In this document: positions 1 through 9,072 of the stretch, piece by piece
How the letters are laid out: the number at the start of each line of letters is the position of its first letter
How positions within the stretch are numbered: position 1 is the first letter of the stretch
The notes under the pieces: model-generated
The model's database searches: none
What the model saw: only the letters and a program-made list of their open reading frames with translations
What the model was told of the DNA's origin: nothing
Source of the DNA: Armatimonadota bacterium
GTDB lineage: Bacteria > Armatimonadota > Fimbriimonadia > Fimbriimonadales > Fimbriimonadaceae
Length of the DNA: 56,974 nucleotides
NCBI GenBank assembly: GCA_031400935.1
Contig: JANNQV010000023.1
Coordinates: forward strand, 1-56,974
Direction of reading: 5' to 3'
Made by a program: the position numbers and the translations under genes

Positions 1-501
1 ATGAAATCGTCGCTCTTGGCGACTCTAGGAATGGTAATTCTGTGCTCAATGTCGCGAGCGCAAGTAGTTGACACTTCTGCAACTGCATCTATAACCGTTG
101 GCCCATCGTTGTCGTTGGCACTCGTAACGAGCCCTGACTGGGGAACTGTCACAAGGCCGCCTTCTGGTTCGGCGAACTATACGCTAAACTACTCAACTGG
201 CGCGACTTCCAATATCAGTGGCGACGGCTATGCACTTAGCAACGGTGCACGTGGAGAGTTCACACTTAGCGGCACTGCAAATGCAGCAGTTACATTTTCG
301 ATCTCGATCGGCGCATTTAGCGGAGCGACTCCTGTAACGGTAGTTGCCGCACATATTAACGCTGCATCTAATTCAGGCACTGGCACTCTCAGCGGTGGCG
401 GGACACTAGCGCTATTGCTCGGTGGCACTTTGGCAGTTTCTTCGACGGCTACATTGGGCGCGCAAACCGCTACGGTCACAATCACGGTTGACTACCAGTA
501 G
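1..501 (+). CDS. Secreted pilin-like subunit (DUF4402-like)
   Basis: Signal peptide; Ser/Thr/Gly-rich beta protein ending LLLGGTLAV...TVTITVDYQ, typical of DUF4402/Csu-type subunits; directly upstream of chaperone and usher-like genes. Confidence 0.7.
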   Translation: MKSSLLATLGMVILCSMSRAQVVDTSATASITVGPSLSLALVTSPDWGTVTRPPSGSANYTLNYSTGATSNISGDGYALSNGARGEFTLSGTANAAVTFSISIGAFSGATPVTVVAAHINAASNSGTGTLSGGGTLALLLGGTLAVSSTATLGAQTATVTITVDYQ

Positions 502-529
502 ATAGCAACCGCCTTGAAAAGGCAATGAA

Positions 530-1363
530 ATGATAGTAACCAAATTTGGATACAAGATTGGAGCAATTTCAACAATTGCTTTAGTGTTTGGGATAGCCAT
601 CGGCCAGGGTCCAGGCGACCTAATTATCACGCCAACACGGTTAACTCTTGATGGAAAGAATAAGACTGGCGACATAACGTTGCTCAACCGAGGAAGTCAG
701 CCCGTAAGATACCGCTTGCGCTTTGTGGACATGGAAATGTCGGAAGAAGGCGGTTTACAGAGATTACAGGAAAAGTCAAAGTCTTCAGGCATTGACTTTT
801 TCCGGCTCTCTCCGCGAGAGATTCTATTGCAGCCCGGGGAATATCAACGCATCAAAGTTCTTGCCGACTTTCCGGCCGGTACCAAGGACGGCGAATTTCG
901 CTCGCATCTCGCTTTTGAACCGATTATGATGCCACGTGAAGGTCAAACGAGTCCTTCAGCCGATCAGAGCATCAACATCAAACTGGAATTGAGATCGGTC
1001 GTCACGATTCCTGTTATCGCAAGGCATGGCCAAGTTTCGGCTGTCGCCGCACTTTCAAACGGCCAAATTGAAACTGATGAAAAAGGCTGGCTTGCAAAAT
1101 TCACGATTTCTCGATCAGGGAACAAGACCGTTCGCGGAGACGTTGTCGTTTCGTTCTTTCCGAACAACAAAGACAAGCCGATCACTTTAGGAGAGATATC
1201 TGGATTGCCCGTTTATTTTCCGAACGAGAGTCGCAAAGTCTCCGTTAGGTTAACACAGGACATTTCGAAGCTCGGCAAAGGAAAAATCGAAGTTGAGTTC
1301 ATTGACCCTGAAAGGACCAAGGGATCGCCTATTTTGAGGACAACCATTGCTATTGTCGAGTAG
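530..1363 (+). CDS. Fimbrial/pilus assembly chaperone (PapD-like)
   Basis: Signal peptide; LIITPTRLTL...ITLLNRG, LSPREILLQPGEYQRIKV, GEFRSHL and TIPVIAR motifs of PapD-like chaperones. Confidence 0.8.
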   Translation: MIVTKFGYKIGAISTIALVFGIAIGQGPGDLIITPTRLTLDGKNKTGDITLLNRGSQPVRYRLRFVDMEMSEEGGLQRLQEKSKSSGIDFFRLSPREILLQPGEYQRIKVLADFPAGTKDGEFRSHLAFEPIMMPREGQTSPSADQSINIKLELRSVVTIPVIARHGQVSAVAALSNGQIETDEKGWLAKFTISRSGNKTVRGDVVVSFFPNNKDKPITLGEISGLPVYFPNESRKVSVRLTQDISKLGKGKIEVEFIDPERTKGSPILRTTIAIVE

Positions 1364-1365
1364 CC

Positions 1366-3975
1366 ATGTCACTCCATGCACTCCTTTTGGGACACGCTGC
1401 CATTTGCTCATTAACCCAGCAAAATTTACAGGTGCCTGAAAATCGGCTGTCAGCTTCGACTCTTTCAAGATCGAGTGACCCAAACTACGAACTGCTTCTT
1501 GTAGATGTTCGATACGGCAATCTTCGCTTAACAAATTCGCTTGGCGTTCTACAGGGTGAGAATGGACTGCGATATGTTCCAATAAGGCAATTGGGGCAGC
1601 ACCTAAATTTCCACTTTTTTGTGGTACCGCTCACCGGCCTAGTGAACGGTTTTCTTTCTGTTCCTTCTGACAGGATTGAACTCAGAACAAAGTCTGGCAC
1701 CTGCAAACGCAAAGGCGAGACTATTGGATTCGATCCTTCACTCTGCTTTGAGAAAGATGGCGAATTATTTGCAGAATCGCAACTATTTGCAATGATCACC
1801 GGACTGCGGTTTTCGTGGCGGATCCAACGATTAGAACTCGAAGTTGGCTCCGAAATACCGCTAAACGTTCGCAATGAAAATCTTATTCGCCCCAAAAACC
1901 ATGAATTGATTTCAACCAAGGATATGGAAGTCATTCGTTCTCCATACAAGGCGTTTTCTTTTCCAGCGCTTGATCTTCAGTTTTCCTCTACAACGGATTC
2001 AACAACTGAGCAAACAACTAGAAGCTCAAACTTTGGACTGACTGGTATTGGCGATCTTGGCTACATGAACGCGAAATATAGGCTCGGCGCAGGAAGCGAC
2101 GGCAGATTGTTTGCCGGACTTTCATTAGGTCGCGAAGATTCTAGCGGGGGGCTGCTCGGCCCGTTGCAAGCTACTCGTTTCGAATTTGGTGACTTGAGTT
2201 TCTCACCAGTATCGCTGCTTACCCGAGCGCGCAGCGGGCTTGGATTCTCCATTTCAAATTCGCCTCTGAACGGCTCAGACGATTTGGCAAACGAAAATAT
2301 AGAGGGACACGCTAGGACTGGCTCGACCGTCGAGCTCTATCGCAACAACGTTCGCTTAAGTTCGCTACCAGTGGATTCGACAGGAAAGTTTGTCTTTACC
2401 GATGTACCACTTGAAAGCGGACCAAACGTATTTCAAATCGTTGAAGTCACAAACGAGGGCGAGGTCAGGGAAGAAGAGCGAACACTTTATGGGGACGCTT
2501 CAGGCCCAAGACCAGGCCAAAGGCGATATCAGATTTCTGCAAGCCAGGTTGGAGAGTCAATTTTCGGGACTAGTCAGACCAGCTTTGCGACGAGCCGAAA
2601 CGAGCTGATCGGGCAATATCAACTCGGACTGACATCTGGCTCATGGATGTCGGCAACCATTGCTCAGCTTGACGCAGACGATGAATCTACAAGGTACTTC
2701 GGAGCGGGATACCATTCATGGGGCGGAGCAGCGAAATGGCATCTAAACGCGATGGCTGACGACTCAGGCGGATCGGCAATCTCTGGCGGAATTTGGCAGA
2801 AGTTTGGAAGCAACACGATTTCTTTGGAACACACTCGACTTAACGACGAGTTTAGAGGAAGCATCCTGCCTGAAATTGATTCGAACGCAACTTCAGTTAC
2901 AAAACTCAGGTTTGATGGAATCGGAAAAGTCAATCAGAGCCACCTCTCTTACGGATTTAGCGCCGATCGCTACGATGGAACGAATCCGGCAACACTGATC
3001 CGGGCGAGGTTAAGCGGCGGATCGGGCGACACGTATTTTTCAAACACGATGACGGCACGAGTTTCAAGCGCTCCATTTAGCGGGTCTGGACTGATTCAGA
3101 TCCGAAAGAGGATGGAGCGATCTTCCCTTCGATTCGACATGGGCTATGGAATGGGAGAGAATACGGGAATTCATTCAGCTAGAATCGGAATTGACAAGTG
3201 GCTCTCACCTGACTATCGCTACCGGTACGGGCTCGAATACGATGATTCTCGAGCGAGTTCAATTGCCGGCGTCGGCACAATTTACCGAGCATTCGGACCG
3301 ATTTTCGTTGGGCTCAATTTTTCGGCAAATCTCCGCGGGGGAATTAGCACGAACCTGCTTTTGTCTGCTGGTGTTTATGGGCAGTCGTCCATAGATTCAA
3401 TGCAATTGGTTCAACCAGGAAGTGCGGAAATGGGAACCGTTTCGGTTCGAGTTTTCTTAGATCGAAACCTCTCGGGAACGTTTGATGAAGGGGACTTACT
3501 ATTGCCTGGGGTTGGCATAAAAGTTGGGAGAAACTCCTTTGCGGCTAAGACCAATGGCTCAGGAATCTGCAATTTAGAACGCCTGATGACTGGTCAAGAA
3601 ATTGTGATCGCACTCAATGAGATTTCGTTTGAAGACCCAAGTTGGATGGCAGACAAACCTGGAGTCGTGGCCATACTTCGACCTGGCTCTACGCTCAAAA
3701 CAGACCTTGCAGTAATCGAATCCGCTGAAATTGAGGGACGGATTTCTGGAGTTAAGCAAAATACTGGTTACGTGGTGTGGTTGGTCAATTCGAACGGAGA
3801 AATGAAGCAAATCAGCTATGTTGACGACGAATTTGGATATGTCTTCAGCCACGTTCGCCCTGGAGACTACACGTTAGTTTTGAGAAGCCCAGAAGGAAGC
3901 GTGATCGCAGAGAAATTTGTCGTAGCCCTCAAGGGAGGATTTCTCAAGGGCTACGACTTTACAATACAGCCTTAG
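1366..3975 (+). CDS. Usher-like outer-membrane protein with C-terminal carboxypeptidase-regulatory/SdrD-like domains
   Basis: 869 aa; VELYRNN...GKFVFTDVPLESGPN motif, amphipathic beta strands, VFLDRNLSGTFDEGD motif; operon context. Confidence 0.7.
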   Translation: MSLHALLLGHAAICSLTQQNLQVPENRLSASTLSRSSDPNYELLLVDVRYGNLRLTNSLGVLQGENGLRYVPIRQLGQHLNFHFFVVPLTGLVNGFLSVPSDRIELRTKSGTCKRKGETIGFDPSLCFEKDGELFAESQLFAMITGLRFSWRIQRLELEVGSEIPLNVRNENLIRPKNHELISTKDMEVIRSPYKAFSFPALDLQFSSTTDSTTEQTTRSSNFGLTGIGDLGYMNAKYRLGAGSDGRLFAGLSLGREDSSGGLLGPLQATRFEFGDLSFSPVSLLTRARSGLGFSISNSPLNGSDDLANENIEGHARTGSTVELYRNNVRLSSLPVDSTGKFVFTDVPLESGPNVFQIVEVTNEGEVREEERTLYGDASGPRPGQRRYQISASQVGESIFGTSQTSFATSRNELIGQYQLGLTSGSWMSATIAQLDADDESTRYFGAGYHSWGGAAKWHLNAMADDSGGSAISGGIWQKFGSNTISLEHTRLNDEFRGSILPEIDSNATSVTKLRFDGIGKVNQSHLSYGFSADRYDGTNPATLIRARLSGGSGDTYFSNTMTARVSSAPFSGSGLIQIRKRMERSSLRFDMGYGMGENTGIHSARIGIDKWLSPDYRYRYGLEYDDSRASSIAGVGTIYRAFGPIFVGLNFSANLRGGISTNLLLSAGVYGQSSIDSMQLVQPGSAEMGTVSVRVFLDRNLSGTFDEGDLLLPGVGIKVGRNSFAAKTNGSGICNLERLMTGQEIVIALNEISFEDPSWMADKPGVVAILRPGSTLKTDLAVIESAEIEGRISGVKQNTGYVVWLVNSNGEMKQISYVDDEFGYVFSHVRPGDYTLVLRSPEGSVIAEKFVVALKGGFLKGYDFTIQP

Positions 3976-3995
3976 TGTCTGAAGTTCTGCCATTG

Positions 3996-6701
3996 CTACG
4001 GATTCGCAACTTCGACAGCTATGTCAAACGTGAATCCTGACTCACGATAATCTACCGCGACCTTTGACCCATCGGCAACCTCCCCACTTAGAATCTTTTG
4101 AGCAAGCGGGTTCATGATGTGCGTTTGGATCGCCCTTTTGAGCGGTCGTGCGCCATAGATCGGGTCGAACCCTGCAACTGCGATTTGCGTTTGCGCCTCT
4201 TCGCTTAAGGAAAGCTGGATTCGGCGGGTTTCGAGCCGTTTCATCAGCTCGCTGAGCTGGAGGACCACGATGCTGCGAATTTCGGCAACGCCCAGCGAAC
4301 GAAACACGATCATGTCGTCGATTCGGTTCACGAATTCGGGGCGGAATGCCATGCGAACCTCTTCGAGAATCCGCTGCTTGGTCTCTTCAAACGAGCCCTT
4401 CTGTGTCTCGGGTGTCTCGCCCGAGGACTTACTGCTTTTCTCGAAGGATAGTCCGAGCCGAACTTCTGAATCCTCGGGCGAGACGCCCGAGCCACTTAAT
4501 CCAAATGGATCGGCATAATGCTGCGAACCGAGGTTGCTGGTCATGATGACCACCGTATTTCGAAAATCTACAGTCCTGCCATGTCCATCAGTCAGCCTGC
4601 CGTCGTCCAGGAGCTGTAACAGCACATTGAACACTTCGGGGTGCGCCTTTTCAATTTCATCTAGAAGCACAACACTATAGGGCCGGCGGCGCACGGCTTC
4701 AGTCAATTGCCCGCCTTCTTCGAACCCTACATAACCTGGAGGAGCACCTATTAACCTCGCAATCGAGTGCTTCTCGCCAAATTCGCTCATGTCGATTCGG
4801 ACGATGTTTTTGTCATCGTCAAAAAGGAATTCAGCGAGGGCCTTTGCGGTCTCGGTCTTCCCTACGCCAGTCGGACCCAGGAACAGGAACGAGCCAATCG
4901 GACGGTGCGGATCGCTGATTCCTGCTCGGGAACGACGAATTGCATCGCTCACTATGCGCAATGCTTCTTCTTGCCCCACTACTCTTGCCCGGAGCTTGTC
5001 TTCCATCGTCAGAAGCTTTTGCATTTCGCCCTGCATGAGCTTGCTAACGGGAATCCCAGTCCATTTTGCTACAACTTCTGCGATATCTTCGCTGTCTACC
5101 TCTTCTTTGAGCATTTTTCCGCTCTCTTGAATCCGTGCTAATTCAGCTGATTCTTTGTCTAACTGCCTCAAAATTTCAGGCATTTTGCCATGTTGAATCT
5201 CGGCTGCCCTGCCCCAATCCGCATCGCGTTGAGCCTGCTCAAACTGAAGCTTCTGTTCTTCATATTCCGTTTTGAATTTGCGAACGCTCTCGATTCGCTC
5301 CTTTTCCGCTTGCCATGTCGCTCGGAGTGCGCTTGACTTTTCTTGCAAGTCGGCAATCTTTTTCTCGGTCGCGGATAAACGTTCTTTGCTTGGTTTGTCG
5401 TCTTCCTTCTTCAGAGCTTCCACGTCAATGTGAAGCTGGTTCATTTGCCTTTCAACTTCGTCTATTTCGGCTGGAACGGAGTCAATTTCGATCTTGAGCT
5501 TGCTAGCCGCTTCATCCATCAAGTCAATTGCTTTGTCGGGCAGAAACCGGTCAGAAATGTAGCGCGAACTTAAGGTCGCGGCGGCTACCAAAGCAGAATC
5601 TGTTATTCGAACGCCGTGGTGAATCTCGTAACGGTTTTTGAGTCCTCGAAGTATTGAAATCGTGTCTTCGACGCTCGGCTCTGAAACAAAAACAGGTTGG
5701 AAGCGCCTTTCTAGCGCGGCATCTTTCTCCAAATGCTTGCGAAATTCGTCAAGGGTTGTTGCGCCGACGGTTCTCAATTCACCTCGAGCCAGCATCGGCT
5801 TAAGCATGTTGGCGGCGTCCATTGAGCCTTCCGCTTTACCTGCGCCGACCAAATTGTGAAGCTCGTCAATGAAGAGAATGATTCGCCCTTCCGAATTTTT
5901 GATTTCGTCGAGAACAGCTTTCAGGCGGTCTTCAAACTCGCCACGGTACTTTGCTCCCGCAATAAGGGCGCCTAAGTCCAGCGAAATTACAGACTTGTCC
6001 CGAAGGCTTTCAGGAACGTCGCCAGATGCAACCCGCTGGGCTAAACCTTCGACAACTGCCGTTTTTCCAACACCTGGCTCTCCGATCAAAACTGGGTTGT
6101 TCTTGGTTCTGCGACTGAGAACTTGTATGATACGGCGAATTTCTTCATCGCGACCGATTACAGGGTCTAGTTTGCCTTGCCTTGCCTTGGCCGTGAGGTC
6201 AATTCCGTATTTTTCGAGAGCTTGAAACTTGTCTTCAGGATTCTGATCAGTAATCCGCCTTCCCATTCGGAACGATTCGATGGCCTGTTCGATAGTCGCC
6301 TTATCTGCTCCATATGTAGATAGGAGCTTGCTTGAAAAGCCGCCTTCTTCGGCAATTCCAATAAGAAAGTGCTCGGCAGAGACGTACTCGTCCTTCATCG
6401 CTTCTGCGGCGTTAAAGGCAAAAATAAACGCTTTTTGAAGCCTTGGGCCGATCGTGGTTCCATAACCTTGGCTGGTAGTTACTCTCGGGTAAGTTCCAAG
6501 CTCTTCATCCAGTTTCTTTGCAATTAAACGGGGATCAACGCCAATTTTCTCCAATGCTGGAGCCGCAACACCGCCCTGTTGGCCTAGCATGGCGAGGAAA
6601 AGATGCTCGACTTCAATACTTGTATGTTGAAGTTTCGTCGCAACGTCTTGCCCCTCTTGAAAGAGTTCCTGTGCTTTGATCGTGAGTTTATCGAATCGCA
6701 T
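3996..6701 (-). CDS. clpB: ATP-dependent chaperone ClpB (with in-frame repeat insertion)
   Basis: Two AAA+ modules ([16 protein letters not shown]), coiled-coil M domain, YGARPLKR; start taken at MRFDKLT (6701). Confidence 0.97.
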   Translation of the reverse strand: MRFDKLTIKAQELFQEGQDVATKLQHTSIEVEHLFLAMLGQQGGVAAPALEKIGVDPRLIAKKLDEELGTYPRVTTSQGYGTTIGPRLQKAFIFAFNAAEAMKDEYVSAEHFLIGIAEEGGFSSKLLSTYGADKATIEQAIESFRMGRRITDQNPEDKFQALEKYGIDLTAKARQGKLDPVIGRDEEIRRIIQVLSRRTKNNPVLIGEPGVGKTAVVEGLAQRVASGDVPESLRDKSVISLDLGALIAGAKYRGEFEDRLKAVLDEIKNSEGRIILFIDELHNLVGAGKAEGSMDAANMLKPMLARGELRTVGATTLDEFRKHLEKDAALERRFQPVFVSEPSVEDTISILRGLKNRYEIHHGVRITDSALVAAATLSSRYISDRFLPDKAIDLMDEAASKLKIEIDSVPAEIDEVERQMNQLHIDVEALKKEDDKPSKERLSATEKKIADLQEKSSALRATWQAEKERIESVRKFKTEYEEQKLQFEQAQRDADWGRAAEIQHGKMPEILRQLDKESAELARIQESGKMLKEEVDSEDIAEVVAKWTGIPVSKLMQGEMQKLLTMEDKLRARVVGQEEALRIVSDAIRRSRAGISDPHRPIGSFLFLGPTGVGKTETAKALAEFLFDDDKNIVRIDMSEFGEKHSIARLIGAPPGYVGFEEGGQLTEAVRRRPYSVVLLDEIEKAHPEVFNVLLQLLDDGRLTDGHGRTVDFRNTVVIMTSNLGSQHYADPFGLSGSGVSPEDSEVRLGLSFEKSSKSSGETPETQKGSFEETKQRILEEVRMAFRPEFVNRIDDMIVFRSLGVAEIRSIVVLQLSELMKRLETRRIQLSLSEEAQTQIAVAGFDPIYGARPLKRAIQTHIMNPLAQKILSGEVADGSKVAVDYRESGFTFDIAVEVANP
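4403..4495. repeat. Inverted doublet of GTGN-N6-CGTCYCG-N6' hairpin units, in frame within clpB
   Basis: gtgt-ctcggg-tgtctcg-cccgag (4403-4425) and ctcggg-cgagacg-cccgag-ccac (4473-4495); span 93 bp = 31 codons. Confidence 0.9.
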
Positions 6702-6709
6702 AATCTTTA

Positions 6710-6730
6710 CTTGAGCCTCATACACTCAAA
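6710..6730. promoter_or_regulatory. HAIR-like (HspR) operator upstream of clpB
   Basis: CTTGAGC-N7-ACTCAAA versus HAIR consensus CTTGAGT-N7-ACTCAAG; lies between a TATACT -10 (6746-6751, minus strand) and the clpB ATG. Confidence 0.75.
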
Positions 6731-6851
6731 TAACTTGGTATACATAGTATAACGTAAGAAATCGAAGTTAGGTTCCAAAAAACTTGGAGCGTTGGCAGAT
6801 GGTTTCCAGGTAGTGGGCATATGGTCGTCAAATAGTATTCATGTCGCTCAA

Positions 6852-6943
6852 TAGTCGCTGTTGTAGCTTCGTTGTCGCTCGCCTGATTGCAGAAAAGGGG
6901 CGACGCCCAGCGTCCACGGCAACAAAAGCGACCGCAGCGACTA
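6852..6943. repeat. Imperfect ~27-bp inverted repeat (REP-doublet-like)
   Basis: tagtcgctgttgtagcttcgttgtcg pairs with cggcaacaaaagcgaccgcagcgacta. Confidence 0.6.
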
Positions 6944-6972
6944 CCCAATGACCCAATCACCCAATTACCTCC
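6941..6972. repeat. C-rich 8-mer tandem repeat
   Basis: ctacccaa tgacccaa tcacccaa ttacctcc immediately after the mnmE stop. Confidence 0.6.
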
Positions 6973-6973
6973 C

Positions 6974-8284
6974 CTATTTCCCAATACAAAACCTACTGAA
7001 AATCTCATCAAGCAAGTTTGCATCCGCTTCGACCCCTAAAATGAGTCCAAGCGCCTGGATTGCCTCTGTCAATTGAACCACGGCGAGATCTGAGGGCAAG
7101 TCGTGCCGTAGCGTTTCTTCAGCATTCCGACATGCTTCCAATGCAATTTGAAGGTTTGAAACTTGGCGATCATTGACAAACGGCTTGACTGAAGCCTCGC
7201 CAAACATCGCAAACTCGCTAACCCATTTTTGCAAATCATCAAGTCCTCGTCCTGTTTTTGCAGACACATGCATGCCTTTCTGACCGATTTCCGAACATAG
7301 GTCAATCTTGTTCGCGACCTTCAAGATTGGTCGAGATATCGCGTTGAACTCTACTTCGTTGGCCCCGCTCCACCCTTCATTCGCATCGTAAACGTACCAA
7401 ATAGCGTCAGCCAATTCAATAATCGAGCGAGTTCGACTGATTCCTTCTTTCTCGACAATGTCTTTCGTCTCTTGCAATCCAGCGGTGTCAATTAGAGTGC
7501 ATACCAAGCCGCCAATTTCCGCAGATTCTTCGATATAGTCTCTCGTCGTGCCAGGAATAGGTGTGACAATGGTCCGCTCTCGTCCCAAGATTGCGTTCAA
7601 CAGGGACGATTTTCCAGCATTTGGGAGGCCTACTATCGCAATTCGGATTCCATTTCGAATTAGTCTTCCAGCTTTTGCAGTGCTTTCTAAATCTCCAAGC
7701 TTTTGTGACGACTGGCAAAGAACTTGACATCCAAACTCTCGGTCGTATTCTCCAATCTCTTCGCTGAAATCTACCGAAGCCTCGATTCCCGCAAGTTCGC
7801 CAATCAGTTCGTTTCGAACTGCCTCAATGGTGCGCCGAAGCGAACCTTCCCGATGAAGCGCGGCTTGCCGAAGCTGAATTTCAGTTTGCGCCTCAATCGT
7901 GTCGCGTATTCCCTCGGCTTGCGTAATGTCTATTCGCCCGTTCAAAAATGCACGTTCGGTGAATTCGCCGGGATTTGCCATTCTCGCACCAATTTTCAGA
8001 CAAGAATCAATCAAAGTTTGAATCGCTGCTCGGGAGCCGTGAATGTTGCACTCGACGCATTGCTCGGCTGTATAACTAGAGCCTTCGGCAAACGGCAAAA
8101 CAAACCCGTCATCGCCGGTTTCAAACCAACCGTAAACCGCCTTCCTAGGCTCAACATCGTTAGGCCATGGATTGAAAATCTTGCTTGCGATTTCCCAACT
8201 GTCGGGGCCCGAAAGGCGTACAATTGCCACCGCCGCAGGCTGGTTTCCGGTTATGCAAGCAACTATCGTGTCGAAAATTAGCAC
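6974..8284 (-). CDS. mnmE: tRNA modification GTPase MnmE (TrmE)
   Basis: DTIVA..T, PGEFTERAFLNGRID, GLPNAGKSS, PGTTRD, DTAG, C-terminal FCIGK; start GTG 8284 or TTG 8290. Confidence 0.96.
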   Translation of the reverse strand: MLIFDTIVACITGNQPAAVAIVRLSGPDSWEIASKIFNPWPNDVEPRKAVYGWFETGDDGFVLPFAEGSSYTAEQCVECNIHGSRAAIQTLIDSCLKIGARMANPGEFTERAFLNGRIDITQAEGIRDTIEAQTEIQLRQAALHREGSLRRTIEAVRNELIGELAGIEASVDFSEEIGEYDREFGCQVLCQSSQKLGDLESTAKAGRLIRNGIRIAIVGLPNAGKSSLLNAILGRERTIVTPIPGTTRDYIEESAEIGGLVCTLIDTAGLQETKDIVEKEGISRTRSIIELADAIWYVYDANEGWSGANEVEFNAISRPILKVANKIDLCSEIGQKGMHVSAKTGRGLDDLQKWVSEFAMFGEASVKPFVNDRQVSNLQIALEACRNAEETLRHDLPSDLAVVQLTEAIQALGLILGVEADANLLDEIFSRFCIGK

Positions 8285-8317
8285 TAACAATTGTGGCTTT
8301 GTTGAGGTTCCATTCGT

Positions 8318-8791
8318 TTAGGGAACTCTTTGCTGACGAAGGTACTCCCTGAAATCTTTCAACCGACCAAGAGATTCAAGGTCCTTTGGCCGGTTCGCCG
8401 ATACTTTGCTCGCGATAATGTCATCAATACTGCAAACTTCGAATCCGTCTACCGACGATCTCCGAGACCACGCTTCCTCAAAGCTCTCGATGCCGTCAGG
8501 GGCAAAAACTAGGTCAATGTCAAACGGACCATCTTTGATTTCGACAAAATCTTTTCCACGGATGATCTCTTCTTCCCGCACGGGTGACAGTTTAAATCCA
8601 ATATCGGTAAGTGATGCGATTAACTTACGACCGTTATCTCGATCATTTTCAGGAAATACGTCAACATCTTGCGTGGTATCTGGAAAGCCAAGAATGATTG
8701 CGCCAGCTTTTCCGATAAAGAGATAGCGAACTCCATGCTTTACAAAAGAGGTCTTTAGCTCCTCTGCTTGGCGATATTCAAACGCGCCCAT
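8318..8791 (-). CDS. Nucleotidyltransferase-fold protein (DUF6036-like, putative toxin/partner)
   Basis: YLFIGKAGAIILG...TQDVDV and IIASKVSANRPKD motifs; start at MGAFEY overlapping the upstream small ORF. Confidence 0.7.
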   Translation of the reverse strand: MGAFEYRQAEELKTSFVKHGVRYLFIGKAGAIILGFPDTTQDVDVFPENDRDNGRKLIASLTDIGFKLSPVREEEIIRGKDFVEIKDGPFDIDLVFAPDGIESFEEAWSRRSSVDGFEVCSIDDIIASKVSANRPKDLESLGRLKDFREYLRQQRVP

Positions 8792-8978
8792 AACCCAACC
8801 AGCTAGGAAGATTTTGCTCGCACCAGGCACGATATTCGGCCATCGTTTCAAATGACCGATAAGGCTCATCGTCCAGAACAGGTTTGTATGTCTTGATGAA
8901 GCCATACTTAATGCGCTGACTCAGTGGTCGTTTCGCCATTGCCTCGAAGTCGCGCCAATTCTGTTCCCTTTCGTCCAT
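8778..8978 (-). CDS. Small 66-aa partner protein (putative antitoxin)
   Basis: MDEREQ...RSFETMAEYRAWCEQNLPSWLGY; overlaps the NTase gene; CATAAT 7 nt upstream of the ATG. Confidence 0.65.
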   Translation of the reverse strand: MDEREQNWRDFEAMAKRPLSQRIKYGFIKTYKPVLDDEPYRSFETMAEYRAWCEQNLPSWLGYGRV

Positions 8979-9072
8979 TGATACTATTATGAGGCAACTG
9001 ATACAATTTGAACAGCAATTTCGGTCATCTTTCCCACCGTTAAACACGAACTCCTCGTCCTAGAGACTAACT

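Noticed and set aside
193..330. TGAT/SGAT in the pilin-like protein as ApbE flavinylation sites
   Set aside because: They lack the upstream Asp, are expected by chance in a Ser/Thr/Gly-rich protein, and lie 50 kb from apbE.
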